Under the pieces are notes generated by a model. The model had not been told where the DNA came from. It did no database searches and saw only the letters and a program-made list of their open reading frames with translations. A stretch of DNA of 64,000 bases from Candidatus Terrybacteria bacterium RIFCSPHIGHO2_01_FULL_48_17 (lineage in GTDB: Bacteria > Patescibacteriota > Minisyncoccia > Terrybacterales > 2-01-FULL-58-14), in contig MHSS01000015.1 in the NCBI GenBank assembly GCA_001822835.1, forward strand, positions 2,113-66,112, read 5' to 3'. The position numbers were made by a program, and so were the translations under genes. Positions within the stretch are counted from its first letter, which is position 1. Each line of letters opens with the position of its first letter. Positions 56,026 through 64,000 of the stretch are shown in pieces.

Positions 56026-57465
56026 TCACGACTGTTCTATGAAATGTCCGACCCCGAAAAGCACTTCCTCGGAAAAGGCCTTGCCCATAAGCTGCACCCC
56101 TACCGGAAGGCCGCCAACGCTTCCCGCAGGAATTGAAAGGGCGGGAATACCGGCAAGATTTGCAGAAACAGTATAGATATCTGCCAGATACATCGAAAGT
56201 GGATCTTCAGTACGTTCCCCAAAACGAAACGGCAAGACAGGGGAAGTCGGGGTTAAGATAACATCGACATCACGAAAGGCCCTTTCAAAATCTTCAGTAA
56301 TACGAACGCGAATCTTTTGTGCTTTAAGATAGAATGCATCGTAGTAGCCGGCAGATAATGCAAATGTTCCAAGCATAATACGCCGTTGCACTTCGTTGCC
56401 GAAATATTTTCTACGCGTTTCAAAATATATCTCCCAGAAATCTTTTGGGGATTCATTCCGTGCAATAGATGCCCCGTATCGTATTCCGTCAAAACGCGCA
56501 AGGTTTGCCGATACTTCCGAAGGCATTACCAAATAATATGCCGCAAGTCCCGCGGGTGCGTGGGGTAACGATACGTCTTTAATTCGAGCGCCCTTTTGTT
56601 TTAACGCCTCTATCCGATTATCGAGTATCGCGCGTACTTTATCATCAAGGCCCTGACCAAAATACTCTTTTGGTAAGCCCACCCGAATATCCGAAAGGTC
56701 TTGCAATGATGCGTTATCCTGGAAAGAAAATCCCGCATGCGGATGCGTAGTGGCATCCCGCGGATCGTGACCTGCGATAATAGAAAAAAGGAGTGAAGCA
56801 TCTGCAACAGTTTTGGTCATCGGCCCTATTTGGTCAAGCGAGGAAGCCATCGCGATAAGACCGGAACGCGACACTCTGCCGTAGGTTGGTTTAAGACCAA
56901 CAATCCCGCAAAATGAAGCTGGCTGTCGGATTGATCCCCCGGTATCGGAACCAAGGGCTGCCAGACAAAAATGCGCAGCAACCGCAGCTGCCGATCCGCC
57001 GGATGATCCTCCAGGAACGCACGATACGTCGTGGGGATTATGCGTTGGGCCGAAAGCCGAATGTTCTGTTGAAGATCCCATAGCAAACTCGTCCAGATTT
57101 GTTTTTCCCAAAAAGATGGCGCCAGAAAGGTTAAGTTTTTCGATCACGGTGGCGTCATAGCTTGCAACATAGGGTTCAAGAATTTTTGATCCGGCGGTAC
57201 AGCGCTTTCCAGAAATAAGGATATTATCTTTTATCGCAAGCGGAATCCCATCAAGCATGCTTTTGGGGACCCCTGCCTGTAATCGTTCGTCCGCAAGGTC
57301 GGCTTGTTTGCGCGCATCTTCCTGAAAGACATCAAGGTATGCGTGGATTTCACCATCGCTGCGAGAGCTTTCGGAAAAACATGCTTCAACGATATCGCGA
57401 GAGGTAAATGTTCCTTCGCGTAAGCCCCGTGCTGCTTCTAAAAGCGTAAGGGTATTAAGCTCCAT
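56026..57465 (-). CDS. gatA: Asp/Glu-tRNA amidotransferase subunit A
   Basis: GKTNLDEFAMGSS, PGGSSGGS, GSDTGGSIRQP and RRIMLGT motifs. Confidence 0.97.
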   Translation of the reverse strand: MELNTLTLLEAARGLREGTFTSRDIVEACFSESSRSDGEIHAYLDVFQEDARKQADLADERLQAGVPKSMLDGIPLAIKDNILISGKRCTAGSKILEPYVASYDATVIEKLNLSGAIFLGKTNLDEFAMGSSTEHSAFGPTHNPHDVSCVPGGSSGGSAAAVAAHFCLAALGSDTGGSIRQPASFCGIVGLKPTYGRVSRSGLIAMASSLDQIGPMTKTVADASLLFSIIAGHDPRDATTHPHAGFSFQDNASLQDLSDIRVGLPKEYFGQGLDDKVRAILDNRIEALKQKGARIKDVSLPHAPAGLAAYYLVMPSEVSANLARFDGIRYGASIARNESPKDFWEIYFETRRKYFGNEVQRRIMLGTFALSAGYYDAFYLKAQKIRVRITEDFERAFRDVDVILTPTSPVLPFRFGERTEDPLSMYLADIYTVSANLAGIPALSIPAGSVGGLPVGVQLMGKAFSEEVLFGVGHFIEQS

Positions 57466-57480
57466 AATTTAAAATCCCTT

Positions 57481-57777
57481 CTACTCAATTACTCGTGGAA
57501 CGACAACAAAGTCGTTTTGAGTTTTAGGTGCTTGCTCCTCAAGCAATTCCTTTTTTATATTCGCAAGAGCTGCATCTTTCGAAATATCTTTCCGTGCTTG
57601 ATTCTCAAGGCCAGTTGCATGCGCAATTGCATCAACCTCTGTCGTATCATAACGATCCAGCTCCTTGATATATTCAAGGATGGCCGAAAGCTCCTTCGAG
57701 AACTTCCCGATATCGTTATCATTAAGCCCTACGTGGGCAAGGTGCGCTATATGACGCACGGTTTTGTCATCAATCAT
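57481..57777 (-). CDS. gatC: Asp/Glu-tRNA amidotransferase subunit C
   Basis: V.HIAHLA, IL.YI..L and F.VPRVIE motifs; upstream of gatA. Confidence 0.92.
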   Translation of the reverse strand: MIDDKTVRHIAHLAHVGLNDNDIGKFSKELSAILEYIKELDRYDTTEVDAIAHATGLENQARKDISKDAALANIKKELLEEQAPKTQNDFVVVPRVIE

Positions 57778-57778
57778 A

Positions 57779-57901
57779 CCCCGTTAGAAATCTGCCCGTA
57801 ACGCAAAGCAGATCGTAATAAGATTTCGATAGTGAGAATGCCTCCGTTGCCGTCGCTCATAAAAATTTTGAGAAAATTTTTGCTAAGGATTTCTAACGGG
57901 G
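57779..57901. mobile_element. MITE-like element at the gatC start codon
   Basis: Perfect 14-bp terminal inverted repeat CCCCGTTAGAAATC / GATTTCTAACGGGG; flanked by a direct CATA at 57775-57778 and 57902-57905. Confidence 0.8.
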
Positions 57902-57942
57902 CATAGTTCCATCGTTTAGCGTATAGCGGATAGGAGATTGCG

Positions 57943-60021
57943 TCAACGCCCTTTCACGCGCCGCAAGAATTCCCCCTCGTCAATAATTTCTATACCAAGT
58001 TTTGTGGCCTTTTCGTGTTTTTCACCAGGATCTTTCCCCGCAACGACGAAAGAGGTTTTAGGGCTTACGACCGTTGTTACGGTCGCGCCATGTTCGCGCG
58101 CGCTTTGCTGCGCCTCGTCCCGCGTCATGGTTTTAAGTTCTCCGGTAAATATAACAGTGGTACCCGAAAGCGATTGTTTTTTATCTTGGATTTTTGGCGC
58201 GATTGCCCGCACGCCAACCCGCTGTAGTTTCCTAAGCAATGTTCGATTCTGCGCACTTTCAAACCACAAAGCGATCGAGCGCGCAACGGTAGGACCGATA
58301 TCGGGAATTTGCTGAAGATCCTTCTCCCCCGCAGCGGAAAGATTCTCTATGGTTTTAAAACGTTGCGCAAGAATACGGGCAGTTTCATCTCCAACATGCA
58401 AAATGCCCAGCGCTTTAATAAGTCGTTCAAACGGCACTTTCTTTTTTGCTTGAAGTGCCGCAGCAAGTTTATTTGCCGAAATTTCCGCAAATCCTTCCAC
58501 TTGCAAAAAACCATCTTTGCTTAAAGTAAAAAAATCGGCGGCATCTTTTATAAATCCCCCGTCGATAAGCTTATCCACGGTTTCGGGCCCCAACCCCTCG
58601 ATATCAAATGCGCCCTTTGAAACAAAGTAGTAAAAATGTTCACGCCGAAGCGCTGGACATTTTTTGTTTTGACACCGGATGAATACGCCGTCGCGGACCG
58701 TGGGTGAACCGCACTCCGGACATCGCCGAGGCGTTGCTTTAGCCCGCGCAGCTTTTGGCCGAAGAGACGGCAAAACACGCACCACTTGTGGAATGACATC
58801 ACCGGCCCTGCCGACAATCACAGTATCGCCCTCGCGGATATCGAGTTTTTTAAGCTGATCAAAATTATGAAGTGTCGCATGTGTAACCGTCACTCCGCCA
58901 ATAGATACGGGGCGCAATTTGGCCACAGGAGTTAAAACGCCGGTACGTCCTACAAAAATATTAATTTTCTCAACAACGGTTTCTGCCTCGCGCAATTCAA
59001 ACTTATATGCAATCGCTCCCCGCGGAGCTTTTCCTACCACACCAAGGCGGCGGAACGCGCTATTATCATTTATCAAAACGACGATGCCATCAATCTCGTA
59101 AGGCAGGCCGTCGCGATTCTTTTCCCACGAATTGCGGAAGGAAACAACATCATGCGGGTTTTTGGCGAAACGGTTGTGGGTATTGGTTTTAAAACCAAGC
59201 GCACGAAGGAGGGCATGCGTTTCCTCGTGCGTCTTTTGACCAAGATCGGTTACTAAATCGTAGGCGAACGAATCAAGATTCCGGGATGCGGCTACCTTTG
59301 GATCAAGCTGACGGATTGATCCTGCAGCAATATTGCGGGGATTAGCATATAGGGACTGGCTGTGCTTTTTTTGTTCCCGATTGATTGCCGCAAATTCTTT
59401 CTTCCCTAAAAAAACTTCACCGCGAACTTCAAGATGCCGAGGAAATCCCTTTCGTAACTGCTTGGCAAGTTGATGAAAGCCCTCTTTTGCCAAATCCACT
59501 GCTACCTCTTTTGATGTACGCAGGCCTAACGGGATCGCTTCAATTGTTTTAAGGTTATGCGTTACATCTTCTCCAACAACACCATCGCCCCGTGTAGAGC
59601 CCACAGAAAACAAACCGTTGTTATATTCAAGCGAAACGGCGAGGCCGTCTATTTTTAGCTCAAGAAAAAAACCCTCGCGCAAGACCTCTGGAACAAGTTT
59701 TGAAATGCGTTCTACCCAAGAAAAAAAATCGCCTTCAGAGAACACGTCGTTGAATGAAAGCATGGGTACCGCATGCCGGACTTTGGTAAACTCTGCCCGC
59801 GCTTTGCCGCCTATGCGTTGGGTTGGAGAGTCGGACGTAACAAATTCGGGAAATTGATATTCAAGCTGCTCAAGTTCTTTTTTGAGCGAATCGAGTGCCG
59901 CATCGGAAATCTCTTGTTGATCCAGAACATGGTACAAGTACCGATGGCGATTGATCTCTTTTTTGAGATTCTCGATCCTCTCTCGTACCCTCTGTTTTGT
60001 GAGTTTTTTCCCCATATCCAT
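57943..60021 (-). CDS. ligA: NAD-dependent DNA ligase
   Basis: ELKIDG, STRGDG, NPRN.AAGS.RQ, VGRTG, CPEC zinc finger and a BRCT domain. Confidence 0.97.
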   Translation of the reverse strand: MDMGKKLTKQRVRERIENLKKEINRHRYLYHVLDQQEISDAALDSLKKELEQLEYQFPEFVTSDSPTQRIGGKARAEFTKVRHAVPMLSFNDVFSEGDFFSWVERISKLVPEVLREGFFLELKIDGLAVSLEYNNGLFSVGSTRGDGVVGEDVTHNLKTIEAIPLGLRTSKEVAVDLAKEGFHQLAKQLRKGFPRHLEVRGEVFLGKKEFAAINREQKKHSQSLYANPRNIAAGSIRQLDPKVAASRNLDSFAYDLVTDLGQKTHEETHALLRALGFKTNTHNRFAKNPHDVVSFRNSWEKNRDGLPYEIDGIVVLINDNSAFRRLGVVGKAPRGAIAYKFELREAETVVEKINIFVGRTGVLTPVAKLRPVSIGGVTVTHATLHNFDQLKKLDIREGDTVIVGRAGDVIPQVVRVLPSLRPKAARAKATPRRCPECGSPTVRDGVFIRCQNKKCPALRREHFYYFVSKGAFDIEGLGPETVDKLIDGGFIKDAADFFTLSKDGFLQVEGFAEISANKLAAALQAKKKVPFERLIKALGILHVGDETARILAQRFKTIENLSAAGEKDLQQIPDIGPTVARSIALWFESAQNRTLLRKLQRVGVRAIAPKIQDKKQSLSGTTVIFTGELKTMTRDEAQQSAREHGATVTTVVSPKTSFVVAGKDPGEKHEKATKLGIEIIDEGEFLRRVKGR

Positions 60022-60091
60022 CGTTTATTATAACAAAAAGGGGTGCTTCCCCCTATTCCTACCCCTTTACCCGCTCTGCCCTATTTTTATC

Positions 60092-60493
60092 TTAATAGCT
60101 TACCTCAAAAGCCCTGCGCACTCCGCGAAATTCGCCAAACGCCCTGATGCATAACACCCTATTGCCGCATGCCGTAGGAATTGGTCCGGGAAACAAAGGG
60201 CTTGCGGGATCTAAAACCTCAAATTCTGACCATGCAACAGCCCCATTGGAAAGTGCAAATTCTGTTGTTATCCGATCTCCTGAAAGCTCACCGATTCTTC
60301 GAATACGAAACAGCGCATTTTCCATTGCCGCATCAGCCGCTATGATGGCTGTTGAAGAATCGGCGACATCGGTTGCGATACGGAAACGTCCTGTCATTAA
60401 AATAGATGCCGCCAGCGCAGCAAGAACAACTACGCCGACTACGATAACGGCAAGAAGCAATACAATGCCTTGTTGTGTTGAGCGCACAATCAT
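60092..60493 (-). CDS. PilX-like minor pilin
   Basis: QQGIVLLLAV hydrophobic helix lacking E5; A..AADAAME.ALF. Confidence 0.7.
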   Translation of the reverse strand: MIVRSTQQGIVLLLAVIVVGVVVLAALAASILMTGRFRIATDVADSSTAIIAADAAMENALFRIRRIGELSGDRITTEFALSNGAVAWSEFEVLDPASPLFPGPIPTACGNRVLCIRAFGEFRGVRRAFEVSY

Positions 60494-60498
60494 AATAC

Positions 60499-61122
60499 CT
60501 AATCACATCCGTCTCTTATCTGCCGAAGCGAAACGGTTGTCTGGAGTAACAGGGGTTGCACACCAACGGCCTGCCGGGGGCTTGTCTCAAGCCCAAGGGT
60601 TACGCGCGGCTGCCTATTATCGCTATCGCCACATCCGAACGCAGATGCCTGAAATCGATTAACCTGTACAACTGTAGCGTCGCCTGCGAGGTCAAGAAAC
60701 CATGTTCGAATAGGGAACGAAGATCCGTTCGCCCGACGCTCCTGGAGGCGCCGGGTACCGCCATCGTAGTGATACCTCACAAGGCAATCAGTCGGATCAG
60801 AGGCGCTGCAACCGGAAAAGCCAAACGCATCATCAAGCATCGGCTGCTCATCCATTATTATAAAATCCTGTGGTGTATTGTCAGCCATGGCTTCGATATC
60901 GGAAACTCTTATGGCGCGCGTCATTTCATCCATGGCGTAACGGGCATTATCCACGACGAGCGATTCCACAAACGCTTGCCGCTGGATACGAAGCACACCG
61001 ACAAAAAGCGCAGACAAGCCGACGACAGCCGTCACAAAAATACCCATGCTGACAATAACCTCGATGAGGGAAAAACCGAGTTTCGGATTTCGGGTTTCGG
61101 ATTTCGGGTTTTTGAATATCAT
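60499..61122 (-). CDS. Prepilin-type N-methylation domain protein (PilW-like)
   Basis: GFSLIEVIVSM cleavage/methylation motif; ends LQTTVSLR. Confidence 0.85.
   Translation of the reverse strand: MIFKNPKSETRNPKLGFSLIEVIVSMGIFVTAVVGLSALFVGVLRIQRQAFVESLVVDNARYAMDEMTRAIRVSDIEAMADNTPQDFIIMDEQPMLDDAFGFSGCSASDPTDCLVRYHYDGGTRRLQERRANGSSFPIRTWFLDLAGDATVVQVNRFQASAFGCGDSDNRQPRVTLGLETSPRQAVGVQPLLLQTTVSLRQIRDGCD
61081..61108. repeat. Heptamer tandem repeat TTTCGG(A/G) x4 in the prepilin leader
   Basis: TTTCGGA TTTCGGG TTTCGGA TTTCGGG. Confidence 0.85.
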
Positions 61123-61712
61123 GGCGTTGTTCCAAACCAATTCCATAATACGTCTTCGGCAACGACCTCCCGCTCGTTGCCTGGGCAGGATGCCAAACCA
61201 GATGAACACCACGTTACTATCGACTCCACCCGAAAAGAAATACTGTCGTTGGGAGGAGGTGGGGTTGAAATCCGGATTCTCCTACGAAAAGGGGTGTCGA
61301 TTCCGGAAGAATATTGATAAAATCTATTTCCATCAATCTCAAGAGCCGGATTAGAGCCCGGCGCAAGAAGATTGGGATTATCATACTGGGCACGATAATC
61401 GCCGTCGCATAATCTGTCTCGCCATGATTGAGGTGGGCTAGGTGCGCAATTTGCGCCATTATCATTATCCCTGCTTCCGGCCGCGGTTCGCAGCCAATTT
61501 GAATCGCGCATGCTGCGTACAATCTCAATCCCCTCCTGCGCTAAATTTGCTGCAACAAGTTCCTGCCGTCCAAGGCGTGCGGTTTTTAACGAATTTGCTG
61601 CAAGGGTCCAAACCGCAATTCCTGCCATCGCAAAGATGGCTAACGCAATAATTACTTCAATAATAGAAAAGCCAGCTGGTATCGTTTTCTTGCTACACAT
61701 ACTAAAAGTCAT
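61119..61712 (-). CDS. Prepilin-type N-methylation domain protein (PilV-like)
   Basis: GFSIIEVIIAL and A.NLAQEGIEIVR..RD motifs; exact start uncertain. Confidence 0.85.
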   Translation of the reverse strand: MTFSMCSKKTIPAGFSIIEVIIALAIFAMAGIAVWTLAANSLKTARLGRQELVAANLAQEGIEIVRSMRDSNWLRTAAGSRDNDNGANCAPSPPQSWRDRLCDGDYRAQYDNPNLLAPGSNPALEIDGNRFYQYSSGIDTPFRRRIRISTPPPPNDSISFRVESIVTWCSSGLASCPGNEREVVAEDVLWNWFGTTP

Positions 61713-61750
61713 CTCAAAAACCCCGTTCACCTTGCTGCGCTAAGCCCCAG

Positions 61751-61866
61751 TACTACGAAATACGAATCGGTACGAATATACGAATACCTTATTGTTTCCG
61801 TTTTGTTCCTCATTCGTATATTCGTAAAATGTTCGTACTTCGTAGTATTCTTTGTACTTCGTAGTG
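61751..61866. repeat. TACGAA repeats followed by inverted TTCGTA repeats (contains 36-bp repeat copy 2)
   Basis: Four TACGAA units at 61751-61786, then TTCGTA-type units at 61811-61866. Confidence 0.75.
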
Positions 61867-61868
61867 TG

Positions 61869-62540
61869 CTATTCTTCAATAAATACAGCCCCCACTGCAT
61901 TCACCAATACCGTGCGACTTGCTGCCCCACGCACCAACGAAATACGAACCGCGGGAAGAACAGTGCTGCCCGCAGTTTTGCAATTTGAGCCGCGCGACCC
62001 AATGCCTGTCGTTTCATCATACAAAAACGTATTGGGGTTAGGGGGGCAGAAAAAAAATGTGAGAGTATCCGCGTTGGTTATGGTGCTTGGCGGAGAACCA
62101 AGATCGCACAAAGGCATAGAACACTCAAAAATTTGGGCGTTTTGTGCTCTAACCTCGCTGCGGAAAGTGCGCGAGTCAACGAATTCGCCCGCGGTCTCGC
62201 TATAGGTCATGTCATTATCCAAATCGGCAAAAAGCGTCGTTTGGGTATTAGCGCCGCCGCCCGGATCATCGGAAACAACAACTCCATACCCAAAGGGCAC
62301 GACCCCTTGAATTTCTGCGGAGCTTGCGGCAAGCGCCTGGGCTTTACGAATATCCAATGTCAAAAGCTGCGCCTCCCTGCGTACTGCTTGTTCTTCCCGC
62401 CCCCTGCGCAATGTTACGCTCACTACCCCCATAAGGATCGTGGCGATTGCGATAACAACGATAATTTCGATCATTGAAAATCCTGCTCGATGACCGCCGG
62501 AAAACAATCGCCGCATAAAAAAAGAGCTAGTTTTTTGCAT
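61869..62540 (-). CDS. Prepilin-type protein (FimT/GspH-like)
   Basis: GFSMIEIIVVIAI, DIRKAQ..A and a C-terminal V.VNAVGAV. Confidence 0.85.
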   Translation of the reverse strand: MQKTSSFFMRRLFSGGHRAGFSMIEIIVVIAIATILMGVVSVTLRRGREEQAVRREAQLLTLDIRKAQALAASSAEIQGVVPFGYGVVVSDDPGGGANTQTTLFADLDNDMTYSETAGEFVDSRTFRSEVRAQNAQIFECSMPLCDLGSPPSTITNADTLTFFFCPPNPNTFLYDETTGIGSRGSNCKTAGSTVLPAVRISLVRGAASRTVLVNAVGAVFIEE

Positions 62541-62916
62541 ATCGAAAAAGAATGGAATCACCGCGGCTGACTAATTGGTATTGAAGGGGACCGGCTACCC
62601 AAACGTTATTGAGCCATACGGCCCAGCTTTGTACTCCTCCAATCCTAAGCCCCGAAGCATCCATGGCAGGCGATAAATCAAAAGAAATACGTCCGGTCTT
62701 GGCAGAAGCGCGAAGCACATGCAAAATAGTGGTTCCGGCAAGGACGGGTCCCTCAAATACCCGCACGGTACCATTGCCAAAATCAATGGTTACACGGGCG
62801 TTATTCCGTCCCAAAATAGTTTCTCGTGTACCAATTGGAGGTCCGAAAACGCTGAGGAAAAAAGCAAAGGCCGTTGCCAAAACCAAAGCAAGTATTAAAA
62901 AATCCCTACGTACCAT
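62527..62916 (-). CDS. Membrane-anchored hypothetical protein (DUF4430-like beta-grasp)
   Basis: One TM helix, then TIDFGNG..R.F, W.VWLN and V..GDSI.F.Y motifs. Confidence 0.6.
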   Translation of the reverse strand: MVRRDFLILALVLATAFAFFLSVFGPPIGTRETILGRNNARVTIDFGNGTVRVFEGPVLAGTTILHVLRASAKTGRISFDLSPAMDASGLRIGGVQSWAVWLNNVWVAGPLQYQLVSRGDSILFRYAKN

Positions 62917-63001
62917 AGTGTTAGTGTACCAATTTAGACCTTCCCTGCCCATCTATCAAAAACCTTTTGTCCGGCAGGCATACAGCGCTCGCTTAAACTT
63001 G

Positions 63002-63814
63002 TTAGTTGCTAAAAAGGAAAAAGGCAAGAAGATTACGGAGCCATATTTCGGGGACAAAGTACATCACAACCGGCGGGATGATAAGAAAAGGGCCGAAGGG
63101 AATCGTTTGTTTAAGCGTTTTGGCACGCAGCATCACCAGCGCGAGCCCAACGAACGCACCTAATATAAACGAAAACGCAAGAGAAAAAAGAATCAAGGGA
63201 TACCCCACAAGCGCCCCAAGCGCCACGGCAAGCTTCACATCCCCCCATCCCATCCATGCGCCGCGCGATACCATGGCAAATACGGCCAAAAATACGACCG
63301 CAAGCAAAATACCAAGGCCGGCTTGAGAAAACGCCGGAGGCAATAATCTTTGCTCAATTACGTCAAATGCGCGCAGTGCCACAAGACCCGTAGCTCCCAC
63401 TACTGCCGTAATCCATGCGCTATCGGGAATAATATAAAAACGAAAATCGGCAAAAAATGCGAGTGCCAAACCAGAAAATGATATGAGAACAAAAAATAAT
63501 AGTGTAAACTCTCCAGCTCCTGATGAATCACTAATTATTTGCCACGCAGAAAAACCAAATAATAACCCAAGACCTAATTCTTCAAAAAGATGACGTTGGG
63601 GAATTAAGACACGGCATTGGCTGCATTTTCCCAAAAGCCAAAGCCATGAAAAAATGGGAACAAGTTCCCACCATAAAAGCTTTTTCCCGCATGCGGGGCA
63701 ATGGGAACGACCAGTAAGCGGGCCGTGATTCACGGCCCGCTCCGAAACGACGTCAAGAAAGCTTGCTATGGCTGCTCCATACACAAAAGCGAATAACGAA
63801 ACGAGTTCCTGCAT
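63002..63814 (-). CDS. pilD: Prepilin peptidase (A24)
   Basis: RSHCPAC, ELVPIFSW...GKC..C, MGWGDVKL and PFGPFL motifs. Confidence 0.93.
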   Translation of the reverse strand: MQELVSLFAFVYGAAIASFLDVVSERAVNHGPLTGRSHCPACGKKLLWWELVPIFSWLWLLGKCSQCRVLIPQRHLFEELGLGLLFGFSAWQIISDSSGAGEFTLLFFVLISFSGLALAFFADFRFYIIPDSAWITAVVGATGLVALRAFDVIEQRLLPPAFSQAGLGILLAVVFLAVFAMVSRGAWMGWGDVKLAVALGALVGYPLILFSLAFSFILGAFVGLALVMLRAKTLKQTIPFGPFLIIPPVVMYFVPEIWLRNLLAFFLFSN

Positions 63815-63829
63815 GAGTTCTTTGCGCGT

Positions 63830-64000
63830 TTATGGAGTTTGCACAAAACAAAGCACTCCCGTTACACCGCAATCAATGCTACTTGTGCCGCCATCGGTAA
63901 AGCTACAGAGTCCCAAATCGCGTTCTGCATCACCCACCTCAAGCGTAAGCGCCATGACATAAGCAACATTATCCCCATCGTGAGGACAATCTGCACCAGC
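63830..64000 (-). CDS. C-terminal end of a probable pilin (5' end outside window)
   Basis: Open frame of 57 codons, AGADCPHD...YVMALTLE...C...C...LCFVQTP*, immediately upstream of pilD. Confidence 0.5.
   Translation of the reverse strand, partial: AGADCPHDGDNVAYVMALTLEVGDAERDLGLCSFTDGGTSSIDCGVTGVLCFVQTP

Noticed and set aside
60556-61317. Long antisense ORFs (for example 60556..61317+, 5884..6423+, 9088..9618+) and the alternate-frame ORF 15022..15594+
   Set aside because: They shadow well-supported genes on the opposite strand or in another frame and have no recognisable motifs
1-64000. Alternative genetic code (TGA=Gly, as in Gracilibacteria/Absconditabacteria)
   Set aside because: Conserved genes are full length under code 11, and several end at TGA in the expected place (for example gatA, ligA, nadD)

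Overview
This 64-kb window is a gene-dense chromosomal segment of a Patescibacteria (CPR, most likely Parcubacteria-like) bacterium; the lineage is inferred from gene content and style, and the genetic code is 11. Core genes include atpB (partial), alr, efp, serS, lysS, greA, trmD, rpsP, ftsH, rnc, nusB, rpmF, rnhB, dnaE, thrS, miaA, gatA, gatC and ligA. There are two type IV pilus loci: pilM/N-pilO next to a VirD4/TraD-like ATPase and rmuC, and a minor-pilin/pilD cluster at the right end. Three tRNAs are present (Asp-GTC and two CAT). Five observations stand out. (1) Two copies of a 123-135 bp MITE-like element with CCCCGTTAGAAA terminal inverted repeats sit exactly at the start codons of greA and gatC, each flanked by a duplicated TATG. 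(2) Palindromic DNA units are inserted in frame inside trmD, lysS and rnhB, and an array of related units lies next to a tRNA. (3) One cluster encodes a complete nicotinamide-to-NADP salvage route plus a Nudix hydrolase and a methyltransferase. (4) Core genes tend to have a -10 box 5-8 nt before the ATG (leaderless-like), while accessory genes tend to have Shine-Dalgarno sites. (5) Accessory orphans include a SelO/kinase-like protein, a B-box-like zinc finger and a LemA-like pair beside tRNA-Asp. All calls come from reading motifs by eye; no database searches were run.
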